Part shown: one piece after another, positions 52,596 through 64,000 of the stretch
Position numbering within the stretch: the first letter of the stretch is position 1
Layout of the letters: each line of letters starts with the position of its first letter
Source: Camelus ferus
Lineage: Eukaryota
Direction: 5' to 3'
Assembly (NCBI RefSeq): GCF_009834535.1
Contig: NC_045697.1
Span: forward strand, 31,746,001 to 31,810,000
Length of the DNA: 64,000 nucleotides
The notes under the pieces: model-generated
Databases searched by the model: none
The model's input: only the letters and a program-made list of their open reading frames with translations
What the model was told of the DNA's origin: nothing
Program-made: the position numbers and the translations under genes

Positions 52596-53824
52596 GCCGG
52601 CTCTTGATACACTATTAAGGCAAAGTTTATGGTGGCACTTTGTAAGCAAATTATTACTAATAATGAAGTATTGGAATTTGCCTTGTTTTTTCTATTTACC
52701 TCAATTTTAACATTTGTAAGATCGTTTTTATTTTAAAATGTCACTTTCATGTCACTACATTCCTTTAAATGAGAAAGATGATGGCAGACTAATCCTCACA
52801 AAAACACCCCATTTTTTTCCTATATCCAGACAACTCAAGAACAGTTTGGTTTTCTGTCTGATTTGCAAAATTATCTGAAAACCAGTTCAGCTCTGAGTTT
52901 GACACTGTGTTATGCATGTGACCCCAAATTTGCTACTAAACCAAGAAGACTCATTGTGCAATGTCAAACTGGCACCAGACATAGTAGCCCACTCAAATAA
53001 TTCTTCTTCAGTTTCGGTTGATAAAAGTAATACAATGTCAGTATAAAGTTACACGTTTTTCTATATTTTGTTAAAGAAGGAAAAAATAAACCAACAAAAC
53101 ATCTATTTTTATCACTTTGGGTCAGAGCTTCTCTTAACTCACTGTGCCTTGAGAGCGAAGCAATTGAATTACGTTTCACTGTTCAGGTTGCCAGGACTAC
53201 TGCAATTTCTCTTGGGGTGACTTAGTGGCAGGCCTGCAGTCTTAATTCTCCGTGGCCTTCCTTTAATTCATTTGTTACAATATTGCTGGAATTATTATGT
53301 TTTTGATATTTAATAATAGGAAAGCTTCTTCTTTTGCTCATTCTCTTCAGATAGCTGACTTTTCTAAGTAAAGTATAATAATTGTGCATACTATCGGTTT
53401 ACACCACGAAATGCATCTTGAAGGTATCAAGTAAATAAGCCGTCCTGTGTAAAACAAAAGAAGTAATACTACGGAACTCTGAAAGCTTAAAAGGAGATCT
53501 AGTACCATTAAATGAAGTGCTCCATCAGGAATCAATTCACAGGATACTTTAGGGCATACCCTCTCATGAAAACAAAAATAAACAAGTAATGTAAAATAAA
53601 AATATGATTGTATAGCTTTCTTTAAAAATGATTGTGCCCCCTTACAACAAAAATGAAAGTGTAATGTATGTCTCAACTTCAGTGGCCAAAGTATTTAAGG
53701 GGATAAGGCAGAAGACATAAGTTCCTTTCTTTTTTAGGTTCATAACACTATTTATTTTGTAATTCCAGATAGTAGCATCATCACTACCATATCGTGGAGG
53801 TCCAGTGATCATGGGTTAAGAAGC

Positions 53825-54215
53825 AATATAACAAAGTGATAAAGCTCACAGACTTAGGTTAGAATTCCAGTAATGTAACCTACCAGTTGTGTCACCTTGG
53901 ACTGATTATGTAGCTTCTGAGCTTCAATATTTGTAGCAATAAAATAGGATTACTAGTACGTCCTTGTCATTTTCATTATATTCATCACCACAACAAATAT
54001 CTTTTGAGCTTTGCCCATCTTACCATGTGCCAAGGACTGTACTAAGCATTCTCTGTCCATCATCTCCTATAACCCTCCAAGAAATAATAACAAAATGTGT
54101 CTTATAGATGAGAACAGAGATCCAGGAAGGTTATTTCATGTGCTCAAGATCACACAGCTAGAAAGAAGCAAAACCTAGAAAGCTAGAAAGAACCAAAGTG
54201 TGTCCAAATTCAGGG
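53825..54215. mobile_element. Two adjacent MIRs in opposite orientation (+ ~53825-53965, - ~53990-54215)
   Basis: taccagttgtgtcaccttgga...ctgagcttcaat and ttatagatgagaacagaga...caagatcacacagctagaaag. Confidence 0.7.
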
Positions 54216-55216
54216 ACTAAGTAAAAGAATGTATATCAAACTTTCAGCCTGGACAAAGTCATAGAGTAAGTGCTACCCTAGATGTTTCCAAGGCAAGTCT
54301 CCAAACTCAGAATTTTACAGAGATGGCAGGATAAAGGAGGAAACAGGAGGCAGCCCTCACCACTAGCTTCTTCCTCCATTTTCCTTAGTGATTCACACCA
54401 TGAGTCACACCCAGATAGTTTTAGAACTGAGAGCCCCCAAAACCACTAATGAGCATGTGGTGAGGAAAGAAGAAAATAAACTTACCAAGATAAATATTGG
54501 ATAAGTGAATCAGTGCCCTGGAGGAGCCAAGCCTCAGTGAAAAACCAACCAGCTAACCAAACAAGCAAAAACAGGGCACTCAACTTCTCCTTACCCCTAA
54601 GGTCATTTTACTGGTCTTTAGAATAGAATGTAATTGTCAGGAAGGGTGAATTCATTCTGAATTTACCATAAATAATGCATTGCTTCCTATGTGCTCTGTT
54701 TTCCTTCCTTCAACTTGTCCTTGCTCCCTTTGGCACTGCTAAAACCTAGCCCACTTTCCTCCATTTATGGACCAAAACCAGAGATGGCAAAGTTTTGGGT
54801 TATATCTAAACCCCAAATTCAGGTGTTCCTGTAATTCAAATCAAAGTTTTCTATCCCTGCAATGTTTGTTTTTCTTAACTCACTCTGTGGTCCTTTTACA
54901 AATATTTCTCCACCCACAGTTTCAATGAATGAAAATTTATCCTGATGATGAAAGAATTCACTGTCAGGCTCAGTGTCTGGTCAATATTTTCCAAGAAAGA
55001 TATTGAACAAGAATTTCAGATGTGCAGTTTCCACATGGAGGTAGTCATTACGAGGTGGATTAGTTTGTTAGAGTTGCTGTAACAGGGGACCACAGACTGG
55101 GTGGCTCAGACCACAAAATTTATTTTCTCACAGTTCTGGAGGCTGGAAGTCCAGGATCAAGGTGTCAGCAGAGTTGATGTCTTCTGAGACGTCTCTACTT
55201 GGCTTGGAGATGGTAG

Positions 55217-55754
55217 TGTTACCCCAAAAGGTAAAGACCCCAGTTTTTGTCTTACCCTGAAAGATAAGTTTACAGTTGGGATACAGTGCGTTGTGTAGTG
55301 AAAGACTTTAAAAGATTTATTTAGAAAAGAAAAAGTGCACCTCCAAGAACGGGAGGTGGGCTGATCCAATTAAGGAAAAGCAGCAGTTCCTGTCTGCCCT
55401 TTCTCTTACACCGTCGCTTGGAGGTGGTCTCTTGATTGACTGCTCTTGTCCCTGGAGTCCTAGTCATGTTTGGCCCCTTTTGCGCATGTCCTTACCCATG
55501 GTGTACACAGCAAAACCCAAGAGGGGCCCTAAGCCATAAGGTTATAATTCAGTGAACACTGGGTCGTGTACGGTTAAATCCTGTCTGTTACCATGCAGTC
55601 GTGGCTGTCGGGTTCTAAACTGTTTCTTGCTGGCCCTCATTTAGAGGAATTAAAGCCCCTTTATGCTGGAGGCGGGCATAATGCCATCTTCTGGACCATC
55701 CTCCCTCTCCTCCACCTTATCTGCCTGGTGCCTCACTTATCTAACTACCTAAGA
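55217..55754 (-). mobile_element. ERV1-class solo LTR (same family as 15598-16169)
   Basis: tgttacccc...tatctaactacctaaga. 4-bp TSD gtag/gcag. Shares blocks with the 15.6 kb LTR. Confidence 0.82.
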
Positions 55755-55850
55755 GCAGGACCCACTGTATCCTCACATGGTCATCCCTCTGTCTCCACGT
55801 GTGTCCTCATCTCCTCTTCCTATAAGAACAGTAGTCACATTGGATTAGGA

Positions 55851-56180
55851 CTTATAAAGATTCTCTCTTCGACCAAGCTCTACCTAAGCTGACCTGAATT
55901 CTCTTCTCAACTCGGCTGTAACTTTTGGGCTTCTGTGTTCCTTTGGAGAATCCTGCATCCTGCTAGGTCAGGTGAGCCAGAATCCCCCACGCTTGCTATG
56001 TGATCACCCTGGATATCTGATGGGGTTTCTCCTCCTCTATCACCCTCCAGGTGGCGTCTGATCATCCTGGCCTGCTTTCAGCCAGAATCCTACTAAGGGC
56101 AGTTTAGCCAGAATCCCCCCTTATCTCTGATATTTGCTATTAGTAACTTTTTAGCCACGAACACCTGCACCACCCCAACC
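55851..56180 (+). mobile_element. MER31-like LTR, 3'-truncated
   Basis: aaagattctctcttcgaccaagctct...ctcttctcaact...tctgatcatcctggcctgctttcagccagaatcct...gtttagccagaatcccccc. Confidence 0.8.
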
Positions 56181-58309
56181 CTGAGGACATCATTTTAACT
56201 TAATTTCATCTTCCAGGACCCTCTGGGTCACATTCTGAGATACTAGGAGGGGTTAGGACTTCAACATACGAATTTGGGGGGAACACAATCTAGCCCATAA
56301 TACAAGACATTGTTGCTCTGCATCTGGACCCTGATTTCAGAATCAGGGCCAAAGGCTTGAGCTTAGAGTTTCCCTCCCTTCTCTTTTCTCTGACTCCCTT
56401 TGAGTGAGGATGCAGGCTGGCTCTCAAGAGGCTCCCCAGCGAGACAGCCAACGTGTAGGCCAGCATTTCTGAGCTGCCTCCCTTGGCCTAGGAGCTCCTT
56501 ATTTTTCAAGTGTTCATAAAAGAATAGTATGATTTACTCAAACCAGTAATTTGCTTCATCCTATTAATTTCCTTTGCACTGAAAAGATTTTAGAAGTCTG
56601 TGGAACCAGTGATACAGCAAAGTCAGACAGCAGGTTAATGTGGAGCTCAGTGAAGTGATCTGTGCTGAACCAATAGGCATAAACTCACTCCCTGCAAATA
56701 TCTGAAGGACTAAGATAGAAACTTATGTCCGTTTTCAAGGTGCCCCACATCCACTCTCTCTGGCCCAGTGGGAACAGGCGGCTCTGTGGTGTGGCTGCGG
56801 CAGCTGGTTCTGGGGCAGGCAGAGGCAAAGGATTTGGGCAATCACCTCATCTCATCTCAACCCACACTCCATCATCCATAGAGAACCCAGGTGTCTGAGA
56901 GGCAGAATGCAAATCTACATCCCTTTGTTCCCCAGTCCTGACGGCAGGCACAGCGCCATGCCACACAGCGTCGCCTCCTGCATTAGCACCAGGAGGCGTC
57001 CATCTGGTTTTACAAGTACTTTTTCCTGGAGAGTATAGGCTTTTGTGTTTGTGTGCCTAGTGTGTTTACCTTCCTTACAATTTCCAGTGCTAAGACAGAA
57101 TAGCTGGGATTCTTTTAATGGCTTTTAAAAAATAATCTGTCCTGAGGCCAGGGGAATAAGTGCATTGTGTGAATGCAATAATAAATAAATAGATTTGGCA
57201 AAGAGGAAAATGATACGTTGTTCTTTGGAAGTGCTCCTCAGGGCTCAGCTATGGGCACATTTTACAAATCAGTGATCTTGGAAGTGCTTCTGTTGAAATA
57301 AATTAAAATCTCCGGTGAGTGTCAGCAAAGCTTTTCTGCCTTGTTGCTTGTCAGAGGCAACATCCAGAAAGAGAGCTGGGCTCCTTCTGGACTTGCTCTA
57401 GAGCTATTTTGACAGATTTTTTTGCTTTTATCCTTTGTACAGTCATTGTTTATGCCTTAATTATTTTTTTCACCACGGAGGCTTAGTATTTCTTCTTGCA
57501 GCACAAAAAACAAATTTGCAGAGAGAATGGCCCATTAATCACATTGATCGTAAGTCATTAGCAAGTGTTAACTACATCCCAACAAAAATCCTTAAACACA
57601 TCCTATAAATGACCATAAAACCTCTGCAACACTTTCTCTGGCCACTTGAAACTTGCTTTGTTTCTGTTATTATAAAGATGTCTTATATTGTATTCGTGAA
57701 ATATCCATCGAATAAGTGGTTTCTGTTTCTCCTGTGGGTTGTGTTCTTTCAGGATTTCTTTTTGCATTTGGCTATTAATAGTGTAGAGCTCACAGACCGG
57801 TATACCCTGATAAAACAAATTTTAATTTTAATAATAGAGGTTTCACTCTATTGGGAAAAGTTAATTAATCATTTAATTGTTTCAAATCAGGCGGGTGTCT
57901 CTTTTCAAAACCTCAAATTGTGGAATTGAAATGAATATTAATCTCTGTCTTCTTCTCTGTTAACTCCCTGAGAAAACTCCAATTAAGTAATCATTTTGTC
58001 AAATGCAAAGATATAATTGAACCTCACTAGTGGAAGCAGCCTTGAATCTATAAATCCGCGGACACATACACGCACTATACATATACACAAATGAAATACT
58101 GGGAGAATCAGGAAAGATGAAAACAATTGTATTTTTCTTCATGAAAAGCTTAATTTGAATAGTTTGGACTTTGTTTATTTGTCCCATGGGAAATGACTTC
58201 AAGTAAACTGAATCCTTCAGTTTTTATATAAATTCAAATAAAATAGAATTAGATATTATGTAATTCTTTCCATTTGTACCAGTTAAAGTACATTTGATTT
58301 GATAAATTC

Positions 58310-58665
58310 AGTGTTTCATCTGCTCCTTCTTTTCTCCTTCCTATTTTCCCTCCATACTTTTTCCATCATTCTTTTTTTTTGTTTATTTTTTTCACTTTTT
58401 GACCCCCCTTTTTTTTTCTTTCTCCTTCTTAAACTATCCTCGCTTGCATTTACCTTTTTTATTTTTCTTTTTGCATTTCCTTCATTGTACTGTCGTTTCT
58501 CAATAATTTCCTTTTTCTCTCGAGGGCTTTCTGCATTTTGCTGACTTCTCCCCTCACTCTTCTGCTTCTGTCTCTTGTCCTGTAACATAAAATAACACCA
58601 TGGTTGCCTTTGCTCTAGCTTCATCGACATGTTTTATTATTGCTCCTTCTCTCCCTCCCTCTGGG
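58310..58665. repeat. Pyrimidine-rich low-complexity tract
   Basis: Almost entirely T/C. It produces Phe/Leu-rich and Lys/Arg-rich spurious ORFs. Confidence 0.8.
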
Positions 58666-58841
58666 CCCTTAAATAATTATTTTTGTCAGGATTTTGCAAT
58701 CTGCTGCTTAGGAATATAAAATTCTAATAGGTAGGGCTAGTAACGTTGGTAAAGTCTGTGTAATGTTTAAAATGTCTTTGAGTGGAGAATAAATTGTGAA
58801 CAGCTTATCAAGGGATCTCCTGGCCACCACCACGGACAGAG

Positions 58842-59442
58842 TGAGACAGGAAGGGGGCAGGGCACAGCCATTCAAGGAATGCTACAGCAATTAATATCAC
58901 AATGGTGAAAGATTCAACCCCCGGTAGGCCTTGAGGCTCAGGATGGTGGGAGATTTAACTTCTAGTAGACCTTGAGCTTCATTATACGCTTATTGTAATA
59001 TTAGCATGGTGAATAACATGCTCACAGGTGTCGTGGCAGTCCCAAGGCTAGCCACAAAAGGTCAAAGAGTGGGAAATGGCCAACTTCCTGGGAACCTCAG
59101 CCCCTTCCCCAGGCTAGTAAGACTGGTCCTTCCACTTATTTGCATGTGAAGCTACCAAAGCCCATAAAAATGGCAACATTGCCTCTCACGGCCTCTCTGT
59201 CTCCCGCACTTTGTCTACTTTTACTCTAATCTGAGCACACAACCCCCACACCTCATGGTCTTTCTCTTGACTTTCAATGTATCTCTCTAAGTAAATCTAC
59301 CTTTACTCAACTATGGCTCGCTCTTGAATTCTTTCCTGTGCAAAGCCAAGGACCCACACTTCACAGGGCACATCCCAGGGGCTCAACCGAAGCCTGGGAC
59401 GCGGGCCCTCCTCATGCCCCCACATCCATTTTTCCTGTGTCA
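58842..59442 (+). mobile_element. MER41-like (cetartiodactyl MER41_BT-type) solo LTR
   Basis: tgagacaggaagggggcagggcacagcc start, ttcattatacgcttattgtaatattagcat, gctcgctcttgaattctttcctgtgcaaagccaaggaccc, end ttcctgtgtca. TSD agag/cgag. Confidence 0.82.
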
Positions 59443-59596
59443 CGAGCAAAAGATGAATTGATCAAAAATATTTTTCTGGGCTTCATTTTAAAATCTCTGT
59501 TCAATTTATTGAATTGAGTATTAATTGAATTGAACTGAATTGAATTGCTCCTTGGGTCAGGGTCTTCTAAAGCTCTTGTATTTTCAGACTTTGCTT

Positions 59597-60083
59597 TGTG
59601 AAGGAAAAACCAGGCTGGACTAACAAGATAACTCACAGGTCTAGGAATGTGAAGGAGAGGCTGGGCTGGGCTAACAAGTCTAAGTATTGGAATACTGATC
59701 TGAGTTCTGCTAGACTAACTTGTAAATCTAGGTTAATTAGTGTTGGTTTGCTGTTTATGTGTTTTTGCTAGCCAGCTGGGTTTTCAAAGATACATATCTG
59801 GCTTTGGAATGTTGGTTAGCTGCCTCCCAGCCTCCACTTTTGTGATGATAATGCTGCTAAAGCTGTTCCATGCCTATTGGCCGAATACCCCAAGCCTGTA
59901 CTTTACCCTATAAAACCTCATGTGCACATCTTGAAGGTGCTCAGAGCTTCGGAGCAGAAGCCCCTCTGAGCCCGCCAGTGTAATACATCTGAGTACTCCA
60001 ACCCTCCGAGTGGTGCTTGTTTCTTGACTGGCCTGTCGTTTCCGTAACATTGTCGTTTCCGTAACATTGTCATTTCCGTAACA
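59597..60083 (+). mobile_element. ERV1-class solo LTR with reiterated ends
   Basis: TG...CA termini, perfect 4-bp TSD gctt (59593 / 60084), TATA-like ccctataaaa ~59906, ATTGG ~59876, and a 17-bp unit x3 at the 3' end. Confidence 0.82.
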
Positions 60084-60329
60084 GCTTCATGAACTATATA
60101 ACAACAAAATGAAAAGAGGAGCTTCTTACAACTCAGGTGCTAGCTTTTCTGCACACAAGGATACCAGTTTTGTAAGGAAAGTGCTGCTTTTGCTTTTATT
60201 TTTCATTTCCTCTTAAAGATAATCATTTTCTGAGTTCTTTCTTGTTCATCCTTCACATCAATTTACTAATTATCCACTGTTTTATTATATAAAATATACA
60301 TATATATACATATGTATACACACACACAG

Positions 60330-60650
60330 CAGGTGCTACATGGACAGAGTTGATAAAGAAGCCCATTACTGGGCTTTTAGAAACATTACAAAGCAGGAAA
60401 GGAATAAGTATGTAAATGACTATTAATATAAAGCATTATGTATCTGTAATTATAGAATTACAAACCAAGTTCCGTGGGTATTTGCGTTAGAGACAGATCT
60501 GGTCTTGCTTTGTCAATCAGGAGGTAGAATTTGAGACTATTTTGGAAGATCAATTAACTCTTTTTGAGTGCAGAAGGAAATTCCAGGTAGTAAAATAGTG
60601 CAAGCAATGACTCAATTAGAAAATCCAGGGTTATTTGTGAAATGATCATC
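60330..60650 (-). mobile_element. L2 fragment
   Basis: ggaggtagaatttgagactattttggaagat...gcagaaggaaattccaggtag. Confidence 0.55.
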
Positions 60651-62903
60651 AATCCTGTTTGGCAACAGTGTGAGACATCTAAAAATAAATATGGCAGCTG
60701 AAAAAGGACAAGGGGTCGTATTGGGATATAAAGCTGCTGTGTGTTGTCAGCAGATAACTTCAATCAGGAATTCTCTAAAGGTCTTATATTAGGAGAAGAA
60801 TCTATGTTGTCTGTATGCTGAGGCCAACCAAAGTGATCATTCTATACGGATCCATGGTCAGTCTCAGAACCACTAAAATGTCAGGTCTGTGGTTCTCTTA
60901 GACAAACGGCAATATGATATGCATGTAGAGAAAAATTAACATATAAAACCAATAATGTAGAGATTAATATTATGTCTGTGGCTATTTGGACTTTAATAAC
61001 TCCAAATCATGCAAAACTGGAAGGAGCACATTTCCTGAGTAAAGAGCTAGTGGCTTTACCTTATGCATGATAAAGAACGTCTTCAGAAATACTCTGCAGC
61101 AAAATTACTAGTGATTAACTCTTTGGAGATGAAACTAATCATGCTGTGGGGATATAAGGAAAGCATGTAAATTTATGAAATGGAAATCTCTTTGGGTAAA
61201 AATACTGAAAGAAAATAAAAGTGTTGAAAGAAATACACAATAAATACATCTACTTAGTACATAGTAATTCTTTCAGGACTTTTTCCCCAAGATCAGGGAA
61301 GACTTTTTTGTTCTGATGAGGCCTCAAATTAACTAGTTTTTAATGAGGCACTGAATGGAAAGTTCACTTATCCAAGCAACAGACATCAGTTTAGGAAACT
61401 TTTCAGCAAAGTCCCTTTCTTATCTATTCGTGATAATGTTAATAATCAAGTATCACCTACTGCTTTTTCAAAACTCTGCCAGAGATTTCTCTTTTAAACA
61501 ATTACAAAGGCCCAAGCCAACCGTCCCCATACACGATCAAAGGACACGCCCTAGTCACTGTCCTTTCCCTTTAAGTGACTTACTTCCTTCTTTTATTTCC
61601 AGAATAACATTAATAATGTCTGGTTACATTTTTTTCCCTTTATCATTGGGTGTATGAAGTGGGATTCTTCTGTTTGCTAAAAGAAATATTATAGAATTAC
61701 AAGGAAAAAAATTTTTTCTTTCGACAGTGAAAGATGGGAACACTGGAAGAAATATTATACTTTATTTTGTTCTTTTCCCCTCATTATAAATTATATAAAT
61801 TATTTACTGGAAATGGAATGGCTTGGGCTCCTTGGGCTCATAGGAACAGTGTGCTGTGTCCATGTGCTCATAGTTGAAGGGAACATCGTCCTGTGGCAAA
61901 TGTCCAAGAAGCTCTCTCAGCGTGCCTAGGATGGATTGAGGATCCTTTGGCACAATGATCCCAAGCTATAAATATAATCTGAAATGAAACAAGGGAGTAA
62001 TAATGTAGAACATGATTTTACTCAACTTTAAGATGACAGGCTAACTGAAGAAACTATTACATCTTCACTGGGTGGACTGACTGATTATACGGGGAAGACT
62101 GAAATGTCTGTAGCTCTCTCACTGGGATTTCTGGGATTTTTTTGACTTGAGTCCAGACCTAGACTGCTATCATTGGTCCAAGTGTTAGGCAATCATTTTA
62201 CAGGAAGGTGTTGGGTACCAGGGAACACTGTAGAATAGATCAAGTGTCCTTCAGGGGCGCTTCAACTCCCATTTCTCCATCTCAGCCCTCAACCATGTAA
62301 CACATGTCCAATATTCTAACTGCTTTCTTGCTTTAAAAGTAACATTGAACCAGGTCACTCAGACTCTATTGTAAAGCAGTTTAATTTCCTTTATCTACTC
62401 TAGAATTATGTACACATTTAAAGAGAAAAGAACTAATAAAGTTAAAAGACATGAGAATGAATTCCTAATAGAAAAATTCCAGACACTGGTAAGAGAAGAG
62501 GCGGTTATTGACACACTGCAGTAGTGTAGTCCTCAAATCATGCCACACAAAAAACAAAGTGTGTTTGTTCTTCACAGTGGAAGGACTCAAGTTTCATGGC
62601 GTGCTTATGGCAAAAAGGACAAAGTAGTAACTATGTAAAGACTTTTTATGGTAACCTATTTGACTAACAAAAAAGGAAGAGTGTAGTAAACTAATCATAC
62701 CTTTCGGTACGTGTCGAGAGACCCATAATTGTTCGACTGCCTGCCCTACCCTGTGTACAAAGATCTGCATAAGTAGCCAGGACTGTAAGAGTGTGAAAGC
62801 TGAAGCAGATCCTCACTCATGAGGAAGTGTGTCACTCATATTCTAACATACTTGCTAAGTCATACAAGTAAATTCTTACAACCTCTTTAAAAAACAAAAC
62901 AGT

Positions 62904-63056
62904 AGGGAGGATATAGCTGAATGGTAGAGCACATGCTTAGCATGCCCAAGGTCCTGGGTTCAATCCCCAGTACCGCCATTAAAAATAAATAAACAAATAA
63001 ACCTAATTACCCCTCCTAAATAAACAAACAAACAAAACAAAACAAAATAAAAAACC
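62904..63056 (+). mobile_element. tRNA-derived SINE (camelid Vic-1 type)
   Basis: agggaggatatagctgaatggtagagcacatgcttagcatgcccaaggtcctgggttcaatccccagtacc + aataaacctaattacccctcc + A-rich tail. caaaacag flanks both sides. Confidence 0.93.
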
Positions 63057-64000
63057 CAAAACAGAAAAAGGAAATTATACAGCTTAAGCAAATAAAGTTT
63101 AAAATGAAAGATGTAGTTAAATTAGCTCAGCTAATCAATACCTCAAATTCATGAAGAATGTAAGATAACGAAACATTACCGTAACACGTGTCCCAGAATG
63201 CTTATTTATCTACATGTTATCGCTTACATAGCAACATTCAGCTTTCTTCAGTTCTGATAGTCTGAAGCAAAATAGCCTATGGAATTAAATAGCTGTGGTT
63301 GCCAGAAATCACATTTAAGGGCAAGTCAGATCAGCACAAAGGAGAGCAAATTAAATGGGACTCTTGTTCAAGCAACGTGTCACTGACGTCAGGGTGGCTA
63401 GGAGGCAAGGGAGTAAGATTCGACCAAACAGCTTTCATTAGTTGCTTTTTGCATGAGAGAATGTTAGTCAAACAGCATCCGGCTTGGCAGTGATATCTCA
63501 TGGACATAGAGCTAGGAATAAAGAGAAACGTGTCACCAGATGGACTAAAGGTGACCATGAATAATGTAGCAAAGTCAAGCAGGGAAGGAAAAGCTAACAC
63601 AGGGGGAAACTCCTTTACAGCTACCTCCAGTGACATTAACTGACACATTTTTAGGATCAAAGGCATGTCTGCCTTTAGCCTGTGACTTAAAGAATTGCTG
63701 GCTAAAGCAGATGCTCAAGCCTCCATGAAGAAAGATCTAAAGTTTTTGGCAATAAATTAAAGAGTAGTTTCAATGCCTCACCTCACATCTACATCTAAAC
63801 ACTGCTACTTTAAAACTCTATCCAATGGATAGATTTAATTTATCTAAATCCAGAGACTAACTCCAATGGTATCATCTTTCCAAATAATCTGAAGTTATTT
63901 GTATGTGGCCATTTAGAATTACTCTTGCAGCAAAGAGCAATTTAAATGAGAAGATTCAAAGCCAATCCATAATTATGTAGACTGTTTCCTAACTGGGAAC

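Larger units (their letters stand above)
55056..56302 (-). mobile_element. MLT1B-like LTR containing two nested LTR insertions
   Basis: tttattttctcacagttctggaggctggaagtccaggatcaaggtgtcagcag ... gtcacattctgagatactag...ggacttcaacatacgaatttggggggaacacaatctagcccataa. Confidence 0.9.

Noticed and set aside
58299..58630. Hydrophobic and Lys/Arg-rich overlapping ORFs
   Set aside because: Artefact of a pyrimidine-rich low-complexity tract.
60034..60083. Short direct repeats that might suggest a CRISPR-like array
   Set aside because: Head-to-tail 17-mers without unique spacers, inside a mammalian LTR.
62904..62975. tRNA-Ala(AGC)-like sequence (also at ~680-752 and ~52515-52595)
   Set aside because: These have SINE tails, TSDs and broken stems, so they are tRNA-derived SINE heads and not tRNA genes.

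Overview
Mammalian, AT-rich, non-coding window, most likely camelid (alpaca/camel). The evidence is three copies of a tRNA(Ala)-headed SINE of Vic-1 type and short young L1 3' ends of camelid type, recognised from memory of the consensus and not from a database search. I find no convincing host protein-coding exon, rRNA, genuine tRNA or CRISPR. The listed ORFs are short and are either chance, low-complexity, or decayed retroelement frames (ERVL pol 3853-4080, HAL1 ORF1 7093-7320, L1 ORF2 18059-18295 and 29968-30168). Much of the window is transposon debris: a decayed ERVL provirus, HAL1, L3/CR1, L2, MIR, L1, MaLR LTRs, MER31/MER67/MER41-like and other solo LTRs, Tigger1 and MER20. The most notable items are (i) a ~2.2 kb L1 with its 5'UTR fused to the ORF2 C-terminus plus a 78-bp templated insertion, (ii) a short polyadenylated retrocopy of an unidentified mRNA 3' end, (iii) a MER41-like LTR with a STAT-site variant and an octamer, (iv) two multi-layer LTR nests hit by one LTR family, (v) a solo LTR with reiterated termini, and (vi) several repeat-free, motif-dense enhancer candidates. 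I do not see a demonstrably new biological system. Repeat subfamily names and most boundaries are approximate.
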